A stretch of 64,000 nt of DNA from an uncultured Acidobacteriota bacterium (GTDB lineage: Bacteria; Acidobacteriota; Thermoanaerobaculia; Multivoradales; UBA5704). The notes beneath the pieces were generated by a model. The model did not search any database and had not been told where the DNA came from. It worked only from the letters and a program-made list of their open reading frames with translations. Position numbers and translations under genes: made by a program. Numbering within the stretch: position 1 is the stretch's first letter; every line of letters starts with the position of its first letter. Below, piece after piece: positions 45,254 to 55,900 of the stretch. Where the stretch lies: the NCBI GenBank assembly GCA_963770895.1, contig CAVYRF010000002.1, positions 1,952,001 to 2,016,000 on the forward strand, given 5' to 3'.

Positions 45254-47411
45254 TCAGGGTTGCTGGATGGCTTGCTTGGGGTCGATGCGGGTGGCGGTGA
45301 GGGCGGGGATGAGGATGGCGAAGGCGGCGGTGGCGGTGAGGATGGGGATGACGAGGGCGAAGGTGAGGGGGTCGGTGGGGGTGACGCCGTGGAGGGAGCC
45401 TTGGAGACCTCGGGTGGTGGCGAGGGCGACGGCGGTGCCGGCGAGGAGGCCGGCGGCGACGGGGGGGACTGCTTGGTGGGCGAGGAGGAGGAGGATGGTG
45501 GGGCGGGTGGCGCCGAGGGTCATGCGGATGCGATTTCGCGGGTGCGGAGGCCGGCGAAGTGGGCGATGTCGCCGTAGATGCCGACGGCGGCGAGGAAGAG
45601 GCCGAGGAGGCCTAGGGCTAGGAGGAGAAGGGTGTGGAAGCGCTCTTCGGCGGTGGCGCCGCGGAGGGAGTCGTCCATGGTGGTGAGGGTGAGGGGCAGG
45701 GTGGGGTCGACGGCGGCGACGGTGGCGCGGGTGGCGGTGGCGAGGGTGCGGGGATCGGGGCCGCGGGCGATCAGGGTCATGGTGCGCTGGGTCCAGGTCC
45801 AGGTGTCGGCGGGGGCCTGGTCGATGGGGAGATAGAACTCGGGAGCGAGGTCGTGCGCGGGGCCGCGGGTGTGGACGTCGCCGACGATGCCGATGATGGT
45901 CTTTGAGCGGGTGTCGGTGGGGGTGCTTTCGCAGCAGAGGATCTGTTTGCCCAGGAGGTTGGCTTGGCTCCAGGTGCGGCGGGCTTGGTGGGCGAGCTGC
46001 TGGCTGATGATCATGACCCGCTCTCGGCCGGCGAGGTCGTCGCGGGTGAAGGTGCGGTGCGTCGCAGGTGAAGGTCGCTGCGGATCAGGAGGCCGGCGCC
46101 CACCAGGAGGGTGAGCGCCAGACCGACTTCGGCGGCGACCAGGAGGCTGCGCAGGCGGTCGCGCGCGGGGCCGGTGCCGGCGGCGCCGGCACGCAGCAGG
46201 GTTTGCGGGTCCTGGCGTGCGGAGCGCAGGGCGGGCGCCATGCCGAAGAGGAGGCTGGCGGCAAGGGAAACCAGGAGGGTGAAGAGCAGGACGCTGGCGT
46301 CGATGCGGGTTTCGCCGAGGCGCGGAATGCCGGCGGGCGCCAGCGGGAGGAGCAGGCGCACGGCGGCTTCGGCGAACGCCAGGCCGAGGGCGCCGCCGGC
46401 CAGGGCGAGGACGGCGCTTTCGCCGAGGAGCTGGCGCACGATGCGGCTGGCGCCGGCGCCCACGGCGGCGCGGATGGCAAGCTCGTGGGCGCGCCCGGAG
46501 CCGCGGGCCAGCAGGAGGCTCGCCACGTTGGCGCAGGCGATGAGCAGGACGAGGCCGACGGCTCCCAGCAGGACTAGCAGGCGCCGGCGGTAGGAACCGA
46601 TCAGATATTCGGCCAGGGGCTGGATGCGCACGCCGGTCCTGCCGTAGTTGGCATCGGGGTAGCGTTGCGCAAGGTGGCGCATGGCGACGCTGAGCTCGGC
46701 TTGCGCCGCGGCGGGGCTTGCATGGGGTTGCAGCAGGCCCAGCACATCGAGGAAATGGTTGTCGTGCTGGCTGCGCTCGGCCGGGGTAAAGGCGATCGGC
46801 AGCCAGAGCTCTTCCTGGGAGAGCGTGGGATCGAAGCCCGCGGGCATCACTCCGATGACTTTGAAGGCGCGCCCCGACAGGTGCAGGGTGCGTTGCAGGA
46901 CGGCGGGGTCGGAGCCCAGGCGGTTGCGCCACAGAGCGTCGGAGATCACGACCACGGGTTCGGCCGCCGGCTGGTCTTCTTGCGCGGTGAAGGTGCGGCC
47001 GAGCCGCGGTGGCACACCAAAGACGGCGAAGAAGTCGTGGGTGACCGGTGCCGCCAGGACCCTTTCCGGGCGGTCTCCGTCGGCCAGGTTGAGGACGGTG
47101 AAGCGTTGCTGCCGCAGGGCGTAGCGCACGTCGTCGTGCAGCTCGCCGAGCAGGATGCGCCAGCGCCAGCGCCGTTCGGTGCCTTGGGCGATGCGGGCGC
47201 AGGCGCTGGCGACCTGGGTGCGGTCGTCGAAGCGCTGGGCCGCTTCGGCACGCGCCTGCGCCTGGGTCATGCCGGATTCTTCCAGCTCCCGCGCCAGCAT
47301 CGCGACGTGGAAATCGATCTCTTCGGCGACCTGGTCGTCGATCTTGGGGCCGAGCAGGCGGGCGCGCAGGCGACGCTCGAAGGTTTGCCAGGTGTGTTCT
47401 TTGCTTTTCAT
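45254..47411 (-). pseudogene. ADOP/MacB-like duplicated ABC permease, with internal deletions and frameshifts
   Basis: EEIDFH N-terminal prefix, DVRYALR, VLLIACANVASLLLAR...ELAIRAAVGA, RTREI and DPLTF pieces lie in three frames; shorter than an intact ADOP. Confidence 0.85.
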
Positions 47412-47468
47412 GGCCTTGCGTCGTGCGGGTCGAGTGGCCGGCGGTGAACGCAACGCGGCAGTTGGCGA

Positions 47469-47828
47469 TCAGACCGCTTCGGGGCTGGTCTCCGGGGCCG
47501 GCAGGAGGATGGGCGCGACGGCGGCCAGGAATTCCGCGAAGGTGCGGATCTCCACCTGGAGCTGCCGCTCGCCCTCAGGGGTCAGGCGGTAGAAGCGGGC
47601 GCGCCGCCCAAGCTCCGATTGGCCCCAATCGGCTTCGACCCAGCCGAGGCGTTCCAGGCGGTAGAGGGCCGGATAGAGCGTGCCTTCTTCGACCCGCAAC
47701 GCCTGGGCGCCCCGCGTGCGCAGCCAGCGCGAGATGCCGTAGCCGTGCAGGGGACCCGCGGCAGCCAGGGCCTTGAGGATCAGGGCGTCGAGGGTGCCGC
47801 GCAGCCGGTCGCTGGTGGTCTTCATCAT
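47469..47828 (-). CDS. PadR family transcriptional regulator (acidobacterial type)
   Basis: LRGTLDALILKAL...HGYGI...VEEGTLYPALYRLE..GW..A.WG.S...RRARFY; directly upstream of the permease. Confidence 0.92.
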   Translation of the reverse strand: MMKTTSDRLRGTLDALILKALAAAGPLHGYGISRWLRTRGAQALRVEEGTLYPALYRLERLGWVEADWGQSELGRRARFYRLTPEGERQLQVEIRTFAEFLAAVAPILLPAPETSPEAV

Positions 47829-48070
47829 GGATCTGCCTCCTGGCCTCCTGGGTACCTTGTGTGTGTGTGTGACCCATACCCAGAGGACAAGGTATAGTGT
47901 GATGGAGCGATACCCAGATGTCAAGGTATGAGGTCGCAAGGTGCGCTGCTGCCGCCATTTGGGGCGGTTGGGGTGGCGGCCGGATCTTTGCATTCTGGCG
48001 AGAGAGTCGAGCCATGCGGCAGGCGGCCAGCGCGGAGCTGGGCCGCGCCCGCATGCCAGAGGAGTCTGAG

Positions 48071-48568
48071 ATGCCCGAAAAGGAAACGATCGAACGGGCG
48101 AAGCGCGACAAGCGCGAGGGGAAGTCGCCCAGCACGCAGGCCGGCGAGTTCGTGCACGAGGAGATGGAGCACATCCGCGAAGGCAAGCACGGTGCGCGCT
48201 CGACCAAGCAGGCGATCGCCATCGGGCTGTCGAAGGCTCGCCGTGCGGGAGTCGAGCTGCCGCCGCCTGGCAAGCAGAGCGCTTCGGCGGCGACGCGTCG
48301 CAGCGCCGCGCGCGACTTGGAGAAGGGCAAGGAGGGTGCCGTCGAAAAGCCTTCGCCGAAACGCTCGCGTGCCACGAGCGCCGCGCTCAAGCGCGAGGGC
48401 AGCGCGGCGGCGTCTCCGGCCGCGCTTTCCAGGCAGGCGCGCGCCGCGGCCGCCAAGCGAACGGCCGGCGACCGGTCCGCCGCGGCGCGCAAGGCGGTGC
48501 GCACCAAGGGAGCGGCCGGGCGCTCGGCGGCGGCCAAAAAGGCGGCCCGCACGCGTTCCAAAGAGTAG
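48071..48568 (+). CDS. DUF6496-like basic Ala/Lys/Arg-rich protein
   Basis: GGAG RBS; MPEKETIERAKRDKREGKSPSTQAGEFV.EE..HIREGKHGARSTKQAIAIGLSKARRAGV. Confidence 0.8.
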   Translation: MPEKETIERAKRDKREGKSPSTQAGEFVHEEMEHIREGKHGARSTKQAIAIGLSKARRAGVELPPPGKQSASAATRRSAARDLEKGKEGAVEKPSPKRSRATSAALKREGSAAASPAALSRQARAAAAKRTAGDRSAAARKAVRTKGAAGRSAAAKKAARTRSKE

Positions 48569-49100
48569 TAGCCGGGAGGGTCGTCGCCGTCCGCAAGGCC
48601 GGTGGGGCGCTCCGCTCGCCTGGGCCGGCGTGGCGGCGCTGATCGACTACTGCTGCGTCGGGGTGCTGGCAGTGCTCTGGGCGCTGCTGGGCGCGGCGGT
48701 CGCCGCGTGGTTCCACGGTGTCTGGAACCTCGGGCCTTCCGGTGGCCTGGGCCAGGACGAACGACCAGGTGCTCTGGATCAAGGTATTCACGGTGAGGAG
48801 TTGGCGGCGGCGAAGCCGGCGAGCGCCGCCGCCTGGTCGGTATCCACAACGTTCCATGGACGCCGGAGAGCCGGCCTGCACAGGCTGGAGCGGGGACTTG
48901 TATCGGTATCTCTCGCGGTGTGTTAAAATGCTTGGAAAGCATAGCTCGAAGCTCCGCCAGGAGTGGGAAAGCAGTCTGGCGGGGCTGCCCAAAATGCGCT
49001 TTTGACATGGATGTGGGCGGAAACGGGGATACGGGACCGGGCATGGTCATGTGTCGCCGGATACTGCTTTCTGAGATCGTTTCCACGAGGAGAGGACCCC

Positions 49101-51194
49101 ATGACGAGGATGCCGAGATGCAGGCAGCGGCTGGCGCCGACGATGTGTGTTCTGGCCGTGCTGATGTCCTTTGCCGGGCTGCACGCCGGCGCCGCGCAGA
49201 CGCTCAAGCCGGTGGGTTCGCCGTTGACGCTGGCGGGGGCCGGCAACACCGCAACCGGCGGTACGGGGGGCATGGCCCTGGCGATCGCGGAGTCCGCGGT
49301 TGACGGATCGTTCGAGCTCGCGACCTTGCAAGCGGAGAACATCTTCTTGCAACTGGACTTCAACATCGAAACGATCCACTACGGCAGCAACGGTCAGGCG
49401 AGTGCCGGCGTGTCCCCCAACCTGATGCTGGGCTCCGGCGCCAGCGTGACCTTCCCTGCCGTCGCCGCGCTGGCGGGGGGAGGTTTTGTCACCGCATGGG
49501 TTAACTCGCCGCCGTTCTTCGAACTCCTGGGCGGCAAGCAGCCGGTCGAGCCGAGCGCGCAGCCCCGCACCGCCGGCGACCTGGAGACGGTGGCGGCACG
49601 CCTGCTCGACAGCACCGGCCAGCCGGTGGGCACCGAGATCCAGGTCAGCCCCGGCAGCGAGACGGCAGACCAGGTACAGGTTGCGGCACTCAGTTCCGGC
49701 GGCTTCGTGGCCACCTGGTTCTCGGGGTCCGACGTTCCGGTCGCCCTGTCGGCGGAGCTGTTCGACGCCGCCGGAGAGCCCATGACCGGGGAGATCCCCA
49801 TCGCCTCCATCGGGCGCATGATCGGCGTCACCGGACTGGGCGACGGCGGCTTCGTCGTCGCCTGGGGCGGCGTGGGCGGCGGCGGTCTGTTTTGGCAACG
49901 CTTCAATGCCGCCGGCACCGCGCTGGCGCCGCCCGTCCGGGTTACTTTCACCGATGCCGGCGGGCCGGCCTTCGTGGCGGCAAATCCGGCGGGCCAGGTG
50001 GCCCTGAGCTGGATGACCACCGATCCGAGCGTGCAACCGATCGGCTCTGTCCTGGTGGAGCTGTTCGGAACCGACGGCTCCGCGCTGGGGCCGCCGGTCA
50101 CGGTGGTTACGTCCAACCCGCTCGGCAGCCAGGCGAGCAACCCGGTGCTCGGCGGCCTGGCCGTCGATCTGCAGGGGCAGGCGCTGGTGGCGTGGAGCGT
50201 GAGCGCGAGCGGTGTCACCACCACCGGCAGGGCGCAGCTGGTCGATGCGACCGGAGCGATCGTGGGTGCACCGGTTCCGATCGGTACCAGTGGTTCCGAG
50301 GTGGTGCAGCAGGTGGTGGCGCAAAGCGACGGCAGCTGGAACGTCCTGTGGACGGACTACGTCAACGCCTACGTGCAGACGTTGAGCAGCGCCAGCTGTT
50401 CGCCGAGCGCGACCAGCCTCTGCCTGGACGACAACCGCTTCCGCTTCGACGTGCAGTTCATCAATCCGCTGAGCGGCGGCGGCACCGGCATCGGCAATCC
50501 GGTACCGCTGGCCGCGGACACCGGCGCGCTGTGGTTCTTCGATCCCGCGGTGCCCGAGCTGGTCGCCAAAGTGATCGACGGCACCGCGGTCAACGGCCAC
50601 TTCTGGGTGTTCTTCGCCTCCCTGACCAACGTCGAGTTCGACCTCACGGTGACCGACACCCAGACCGGTGCCGTGCGGGTGTACCACAATTCCGCGGGCA
50701 CCTTGGCGAGCGTGGCCGACACCGCGTTTCCCACCGCTCCCGCTGCGAACCCCGCCCTCCATGCCGCCGCCCAACCGGCCGCGGCCCGGCGTGCAATGCC
50801 CGCCGCTGCACCGGGCGCGGTCAGCTCGGCCGCGACGCCCGCGCTGATTGTCCCGTCGCCGGTCTGCAACAGCACCGGCCAGCAGCTCTGCCTGCTGGGG
50901 AGCCAATACGCCGTCACCGTGACCTTTGACGAGACCGCCGCCAGCCCGTCCACGGGCCAGGCAGTGCAGCTGTCGGCCGACGGCGGCTACTACTGGTTCT
51001 TCGGTCCGGACGACGCCGAGCTGGCGGTCAAGATGCTGGATGGAACCGCGGTCAACGGCCACATCTGGGTGTTCTACGCTTCGCTGACCAACGTCGAGTT
51101 CGACCTGACCATCACCAACACCTCCGGAGCTACCCGCAAGTACCACAACGCCGCGGGCACTCTGGCCAGCGTCGCCGACACCAGCGCGTTCTAG
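49101..51194 (+). CDS. Secreted repeat protein with two C-terminal Cys-containing repeats
   Basis: GAGGAGAGG RBS, signal-peptide-like N-terminus, VA.L..GGFV..W repeats, two copies of LCL...WFF.P...EL..K..DGTAVNGH.WVF.ASLTNVEFDLT.T. Confidence 0.85.
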   Translation: MTRMPRCRQRLAPTMCVLAVLMSFAGLHAGAAQTLKPVGSPLTLAGAGNTATGGTGGMALAIAESAVDGSFELATLQAENIFLQLDFNIETIHYGSNGQASAGVSPNLMLGSGASVTFPAVAALAGGGFVTAWVNSPPFFELLGGKQPVEPSAQPRTAGDLETVAARLLDSTGQPVGTEIQVSPGSETADQVQVAALSSGGFVATWFSGSDVPVALSAELFDAAGEPMTGEIPIASIGRMIGVTGLGDGGFVVAWGGVGGGGLFWQRFNAAGTALAPPVRVTFTDAGGPAFVAANPAGQVALSWMTTDPSVQPIGSVLVELFGTDGSALGPPVTVVTSNPLGSQASNPVLGGLAVDLQGQALVAWSVSASGVTTTGRAQLVDATGAIVGAPVPIGTSGSEVVQQVVAQSDGSWNVLWTDYVNAYVQTLSSASCSPSATSLCLDDNRFRFDVQFINPLSGGGTGIGNPVPLAADTGALWFFDPAVPELVAKVIDGTAVNGHFWVFFASLTNVEFDLTVTDTQTGAVRVYHNSAGTLASVADTAFPTAPAANPALHAAAQPAAARRAMPAAAPGAVSSAATPALIVPSPVCNSTGQQLCLLGSQYAVTVTFDETAASPSTGQAVQLSADGGYYWFFGPDDAELAVKMLDGTAVNGHIWVFYASLTNVEFDLTITNTSGATRKYHNAAGTLASVADTSAF

Positions 51195-51284
51195 TCAGCC
51201 GCCCCGCAGTCCCGCTACAACCCGACGGCCCGCGCCAGTTGCCAAGGCGCGGGCCGTTTGCCGCCACTGCCGGTCGCCAGGCGG

Positions 51285-52799
51285 CTAGCGCAGGTAGCCC
51301 AGGGAGCGCAGGTGCTCGCGGTCGTCGGAGGTCAGGTGGGCGGTGGCGTCGGGCTGGGCCAGCTGCAGGTTGTGGCGGGCTTGCAGGTCGCGGTTGCGGG
51401 CGGCCTGGTAGGCGGCGTAGAGGGATGCGCCCGCGGCGGGGTGGGCGGCCAGGATGTTGGTGGTTTCGCCGGGATCGTGCTGCAGGTCGAAGAGCTGGAC
51501 CGGGCCGCCGGCGGTGACGAACAGCGAGCGGTCGGGGGTGCGCAGCTTTTCCAGGGCGCCGGCGATGTAGACCCAGGGGCGGGGTTTGGCGTTGCGCTCG
51601 CCGGCGAGCAGCGGCACCAGGTTCTGGCCCATGGTGTCGCGATTGGGGGCGATGCCGACCGCGCCCAGGATGGTCGGCATGACTTCGAGGGTCGACACCA
51701 GGGCGGCGATGCGGCGGCCGCCGAAGCGGCCGTGCGGAAAGCGGATCAGCAGGGGGACGCGGGCGACCTCTTCGTGGTTCTGCTCGTGCAGGAAGAGGCC
51801 GTGCTCGGCAAACTCCTCGCCGTGATCGGCGGTCAACACGATCACGGTGCGGTCCCACAGGCCGCGGGCTTTGAGCTGGTCGAACAGGCGCCCCAGGGCC
51901 GCGTCGGTGTATGCGACGCCACCGTCGTATAGATCCTCGATGTAGGAGATCTCGGCGCGGCTGAATACGTTGCCGGCCGGCCGTTTGCCGGCTTCGACGT
52001 CGCGGTTGACGGCGGCGAGCAACCGGCTGGCGCAGAGGCCGTCGCGGCAGCCGTCGAAGCGCGTGCCGGCGGTGGCGGCAAAACGGCGGTTCCAGGCCGC
52101 GCCATGGTCGTAAGGCAGCTTGTTGAATCCCGAGTGGACGTCGTAGGTGTGCAGGAAGACAAAGAACCTGCCGTACGGCCGGGAGTCCAGCCAGTCGTAG
52201 AGCTTGGGCAGCTCGGTGCGCAAGCCGCCGCCGCTTTCGTCGAAGGCGTCGAAGCCGCGTGCCAGGCCGAAGCTGGCGCTCACGTACCCGCCGCCGGTCA
52301 GGGCGTGGGTCCGGTAGCCGGCGTCGCGAAGCTGCTCGGCCAGGGTGATGCGCCGGCTGTCGAGCGCCTTGCCGTTGTCCGCCCAGACTCCGTGGACCGT
52401 CGGCGGCAGGGAGGTGAACATGGAGGCGTGGATGGGGAGCGTCCCGCCGCCGGTGTTGATGCACGGATCGAAGACGACCGCTTGGCGCGCAAAGCGGTCG
52501 ATGTTGGGGCTGGTCGCACGATCGTAGCCGTAGACCTGGAGGTGGTCGGCGCGCAGCGTATCGACCGAGATCAGCAGCACGTTGCAGCCGGGGCAGGGGC
52601 TGGCGAGCAGCGCGGGGGCGCGGGCAGTGTGCGGCGCACCGTGGCAGGCGAAGCCGGCGCCCGCCAGGACAACCAGCCAGACCGCCGCGGCGACGGCGCG
52701 CCAGACCGGCCGGCGTGGCGCAACGCGACCGGGGGCCGCTTGGGTGGCGATGGCAGCCTCCCGCGGCGCCGGTTTTGAGCTGACCGCTTGTCGCAACAT
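51285..52799 (-). CDS. Sulfatase-like (alkaline phosphatase superfamily) exported enzyme
   Basis: NVLLISVDTLRADH, TLPIHASMFT (Thr at the usual Cys/Ser position), HTYDVH, TADHGEEF, LFDL..DP.E..N, LRSLGY. Confidence 0.88.
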   Translation of the reverse strand: MLRQAVSSKPAPREAAIATQAAPGRVAPRRPVWRAVAAAVWLVVLAGAGFACHGAPHTARAPALLASPCPGCNVLLISVDTLRADHLQVYGYDRATSPNIDRFARQAVVFDPCINTGGGTLPIHASMFTSLPPTVHGVWADNGKALDSRRITLAEQLRDAGYRTHALTGGGYVSASFGLARGFDAFDESGGGLRTELPKLYDWLDSRPYGRFFVFLHTYDVHSGFNKLPYDHGAAWNRRFAATAGTRFDGCRDGLCASRLLAAVNRDVEAGKRPAGNVFSRAEISYIEDLYDGGVAYTDAALGRLFDQLKARGLWDRTVIVLTADHGEEFAEHGLFLHEQNHEEVARVPLLIRFPHGRFGGRRIAALVSTLEVMPTILGAVGIAPNRDTMGQNLVPLLAGERNAKPRPWVYIAGALEKLRTPDRSLFVTAGGPVQLFDLQHDPGETTNILAAHPAAGASLYAAYQAARNRDLQARHNLQLAQPDATAHLTSDDREHLRSLGYLR

Positions 52800-52914
52800 G
52801 AAACCGGGATCTTACGCCAACGCCCGGCACCCAGTACCTGCCGTCGGCAAGCGGCGCAAGCGGTGGCGCCGCCGATCAGGGCGTGGCGTCCGGTGTGTAG
52901 CCGCGGCCGAAGGG

Positions 52915-55900
52915 CTACCGGCGAGGTTCGCTGGGCTGGGCCGCCGGTATGCCGGCCGCGGTGGCGGCGGTGTCGCGGCGCCGGCGCGCGGCAGCCTGCT
53001 CCGGCGCGGGCTTGGCGGCGAGCAGACGGCGCAGCTTGGCGGCCAGCGCCGCGACCGCTGGCTGCCGGACGATCGCGTAGTGATCGCCGGGGAGCACCTC
53101 GATCTCGGCGCCGGCGCGGCACAGCGCCGCCCAGGCGGCGGCATTGGCGGCTGCGCTGGCGCCCGCATCGGCGGCGGGGAGGGCGCCGTTGCCGTTCGGC
53201 GGCTGGTGCCGGGCGGCGAGCAGCAGGTTGAGGGGGCCGGGGGCGGGGGCCGGACGGTAGCGGTCCAGGGCGCCGCGGGTGGTGCGGAACAGCGCGAAGA
53301 GGCGCTCCAGGTCGTCCGCCGCCAGGTCCGCCGGGATCAGGCCGGCGGCTTGCGCGGCGGTGGCCAGGTCGGCCAGCGGCAGATCGGCGCTCAGCCGCTG
53401 GATCCCGGCGGCGGCGGCCAGCGCTGCCGTGGAGTGCGGTCCGGCCATGCTGGCCAGGTCGCGCAGGAACTCGCGGCGCAGGCGTGCCGGAGGGGTCGGC
53501 ACCGGCGGGATGCCGCGGCGCAGGGGGGCCGGGTCGATCAGCACCAGCGGTTCGACCCGCCGGCCGGCGGCGCGCAGCTGGCGCGCCATCTCGAAGGCGA
53601 TGGCGCCGCCCAGCGACCACCCTCCCAGCGCCAGGGGGCCGTCCGGGGCGCCGCTGCCCGGCATGGTAGCCATGGCGGCGACGTAGCACGCGGCGAGCGC
53701 TTCGATGGTGGGGTCGGATGGCAGCGACGCCGGGTCGGGCAGCTGCAAACCGTAGAACGGCTGGGCGTGGCCCAGGCAGCGCGCCAGGTCGGCGTAGCAC
53801 AGCACGTTGCCGCCGGCCGGGTGAACGCAGAAGAAGGGTCGCGCCGCAGCCTGACCGCGCCGCCGGCGTGGCGCCCGGCCAGGCCGCGCCGGTGCCACCG
53901 GTGATGCCGCCGTCGCCGCCGTCGGCCATGGTGCGGGGGGCTCCGGGGTCAGCTCGACCAGGGGCGAGCGGCCGCCGGCGGCGGCGCCGGTTTGCAGCAG
54001 CGCCGCCAGCTGCTCGACGGTGGCGGCGCGAAACAGCGTGGCGAGCGGCAGATCGCGGCCGAAGGTGTCGCGGATGCGCGCGACCAGGCGCACGGCCAGC
54101 AGCGAATGGCCGCCGAGCGCAAAGAAGCTGTCGCCGGCGCCGACCCGCTGGACGCCCAGCAGCTCGCCAAACAGCGCCGCCAGTGTCCGCTCGTGCGCAG
54201 TGCGGGGCGCGACGTGGGCCGCGTCGCCGGTCCCCGCACCCCAGACCGGCGCCGGCAGGGCGTTGCGGTCGAGCTTGCCGTTGGCGGTCAGCGGCAGCTG
54301 GTCCAGCCAGACGAAGTCGGCGGGCACCATGTAGTCGGGAAGCCTGGCGGCCAGGGTCTGCCGCAGCTCGGCGAGCAGCGCCGCGCGCCGGGCGGCGCCG
54401 CCGTCTTTGCCATCGCCGTCTGGATCGCGCGGTACCAGGTAGGCGACCAGGCGCAGGTCGGCGCCGGCCGCGGTGCCGGCGCGGCGCGCCGCCGCGGCGG
54501 CGGAGCGCACCTGCGGATGCGCGCTCAAGGCGGCCTCGATCTCGCCCAGCTCGATGCGGAAGCCGCGCACCTTGACCTGGCCGTCGATGCGGCCCAGGAA
54601 CTGCACGGCGCCGTCGACCCGGCGGTGCACCAGGTCGCCGGTGCGGTACAGGCGGGTGCCGGGCGGCGCGGCGGGCGCGAAGGGGTCGGGGACGAAGGCC
54701 GCCGCCGTCAGGTCCGGCCGTGCCAGGTAGCCGCGCGCCAGGCAGTGGCCGGCGACGCACAGCTCGCCGGCGACACCCGCCGGCACCGGCTGCTGGCGCC
54801 GGTCGAGCGCGTACAGGCGGGCGCCGGCGATCGGCCGCCCCAGCGGCACGGTCTGCGCGGCGGGTTGGCCGGGATCGCACGGCCATTCCGAGATGGAGAC
54901 GGTGGCCTCCGTGGGTCCGTAGCGCGCGATCAGCCGCGCCTCCGTCGCGCCCATGGCGGCGTGGAAGCGCGCCGGCAGGTCGCCGGGCACGCGGTCGCCG
55001 CCGGTGACGACGCGGCGCAGCGCCGCACCGGCGCGCCAGTCGGCCTCGGCGAGCAGCAGCGGCAGCAGCGCCGGCGGCACGTTGATATTGGTGACCTGCT
55101 GCTCGGCGACCAGCCGCGCCAGGGCAGCGGCCGACTGCCGCGGGGCCGGCGGCGCCAGCAGGACCGTCGCCCCGATCCACAGCGGCGCGAAGACCTCTAT
55201 CACCGAGACGTCGAATCCGAGGCGCGCGCGTTGCAGCACCCGCGCGTCGGGCGTCAGGTCGCTGGCGACCTGAAAGCGCATGCGGTTGGCGGCGGCGCGG
55301 TGGCTGATCACCACTCCCTTGGGCATCCCGGTGGAGCCGGAGGTATACAGCACGTACGCCGCGCTGTCAGGTTGCACCCGGCCGGCTGCAGCGTTCTGCC
55401 GGCGCCGTGGCCAGGCCGGCGCGGGCTGCTGCGCCGCGGCATCCGTCCATTCGTCCGGCGTGGCCGTGAGCGCCACGACGCGGGCCGGCGCGGCGAAGCG
55501 CCCGGCCAGGCCGTTGCCGGCCAGGACCACCGTCGCGCCCGACGCGGCGACGATCTGCGCCAGGCGCTCGTCCGGGTGGGCGGGGTCGAGCGCCAGGTAG
55601 GCGCCGCCGGCCTTCAGAATCGCGAGCAGGCCGGCCACCATCTCGAAGGAGGGCTCGGCGCAGATGCCGACGACGCGCTCGGGGCCGACCCCCAGGCGCC
55701 GCAGGCGGTGCGCCAGCTGCGTGGCCCAGGCGTCGAGGCTGGCATAGGAGAGACATCCAGCCCCAGGGGCGGAGCCGCCGTCCGGCGCGCAATCGACCAG
55801 CGCGATCGCCTGCGGGCGGCGCGCCGCCTGCAGCTCGAAGGGACCGTGCAGGGAGTGGTCGTCCGGAGCGCCGGCCGTCCAGGGCTCGTGGTTCCATTCC

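Noticed and set aside
48700-48830. LTVNTLIQSTWSFVLAQATGRPEV on the minus strand, resembling a DCL C-domain segment
   Set aside because: Too short and degenerate to call without an alignment; possibly another NRPS scrap.
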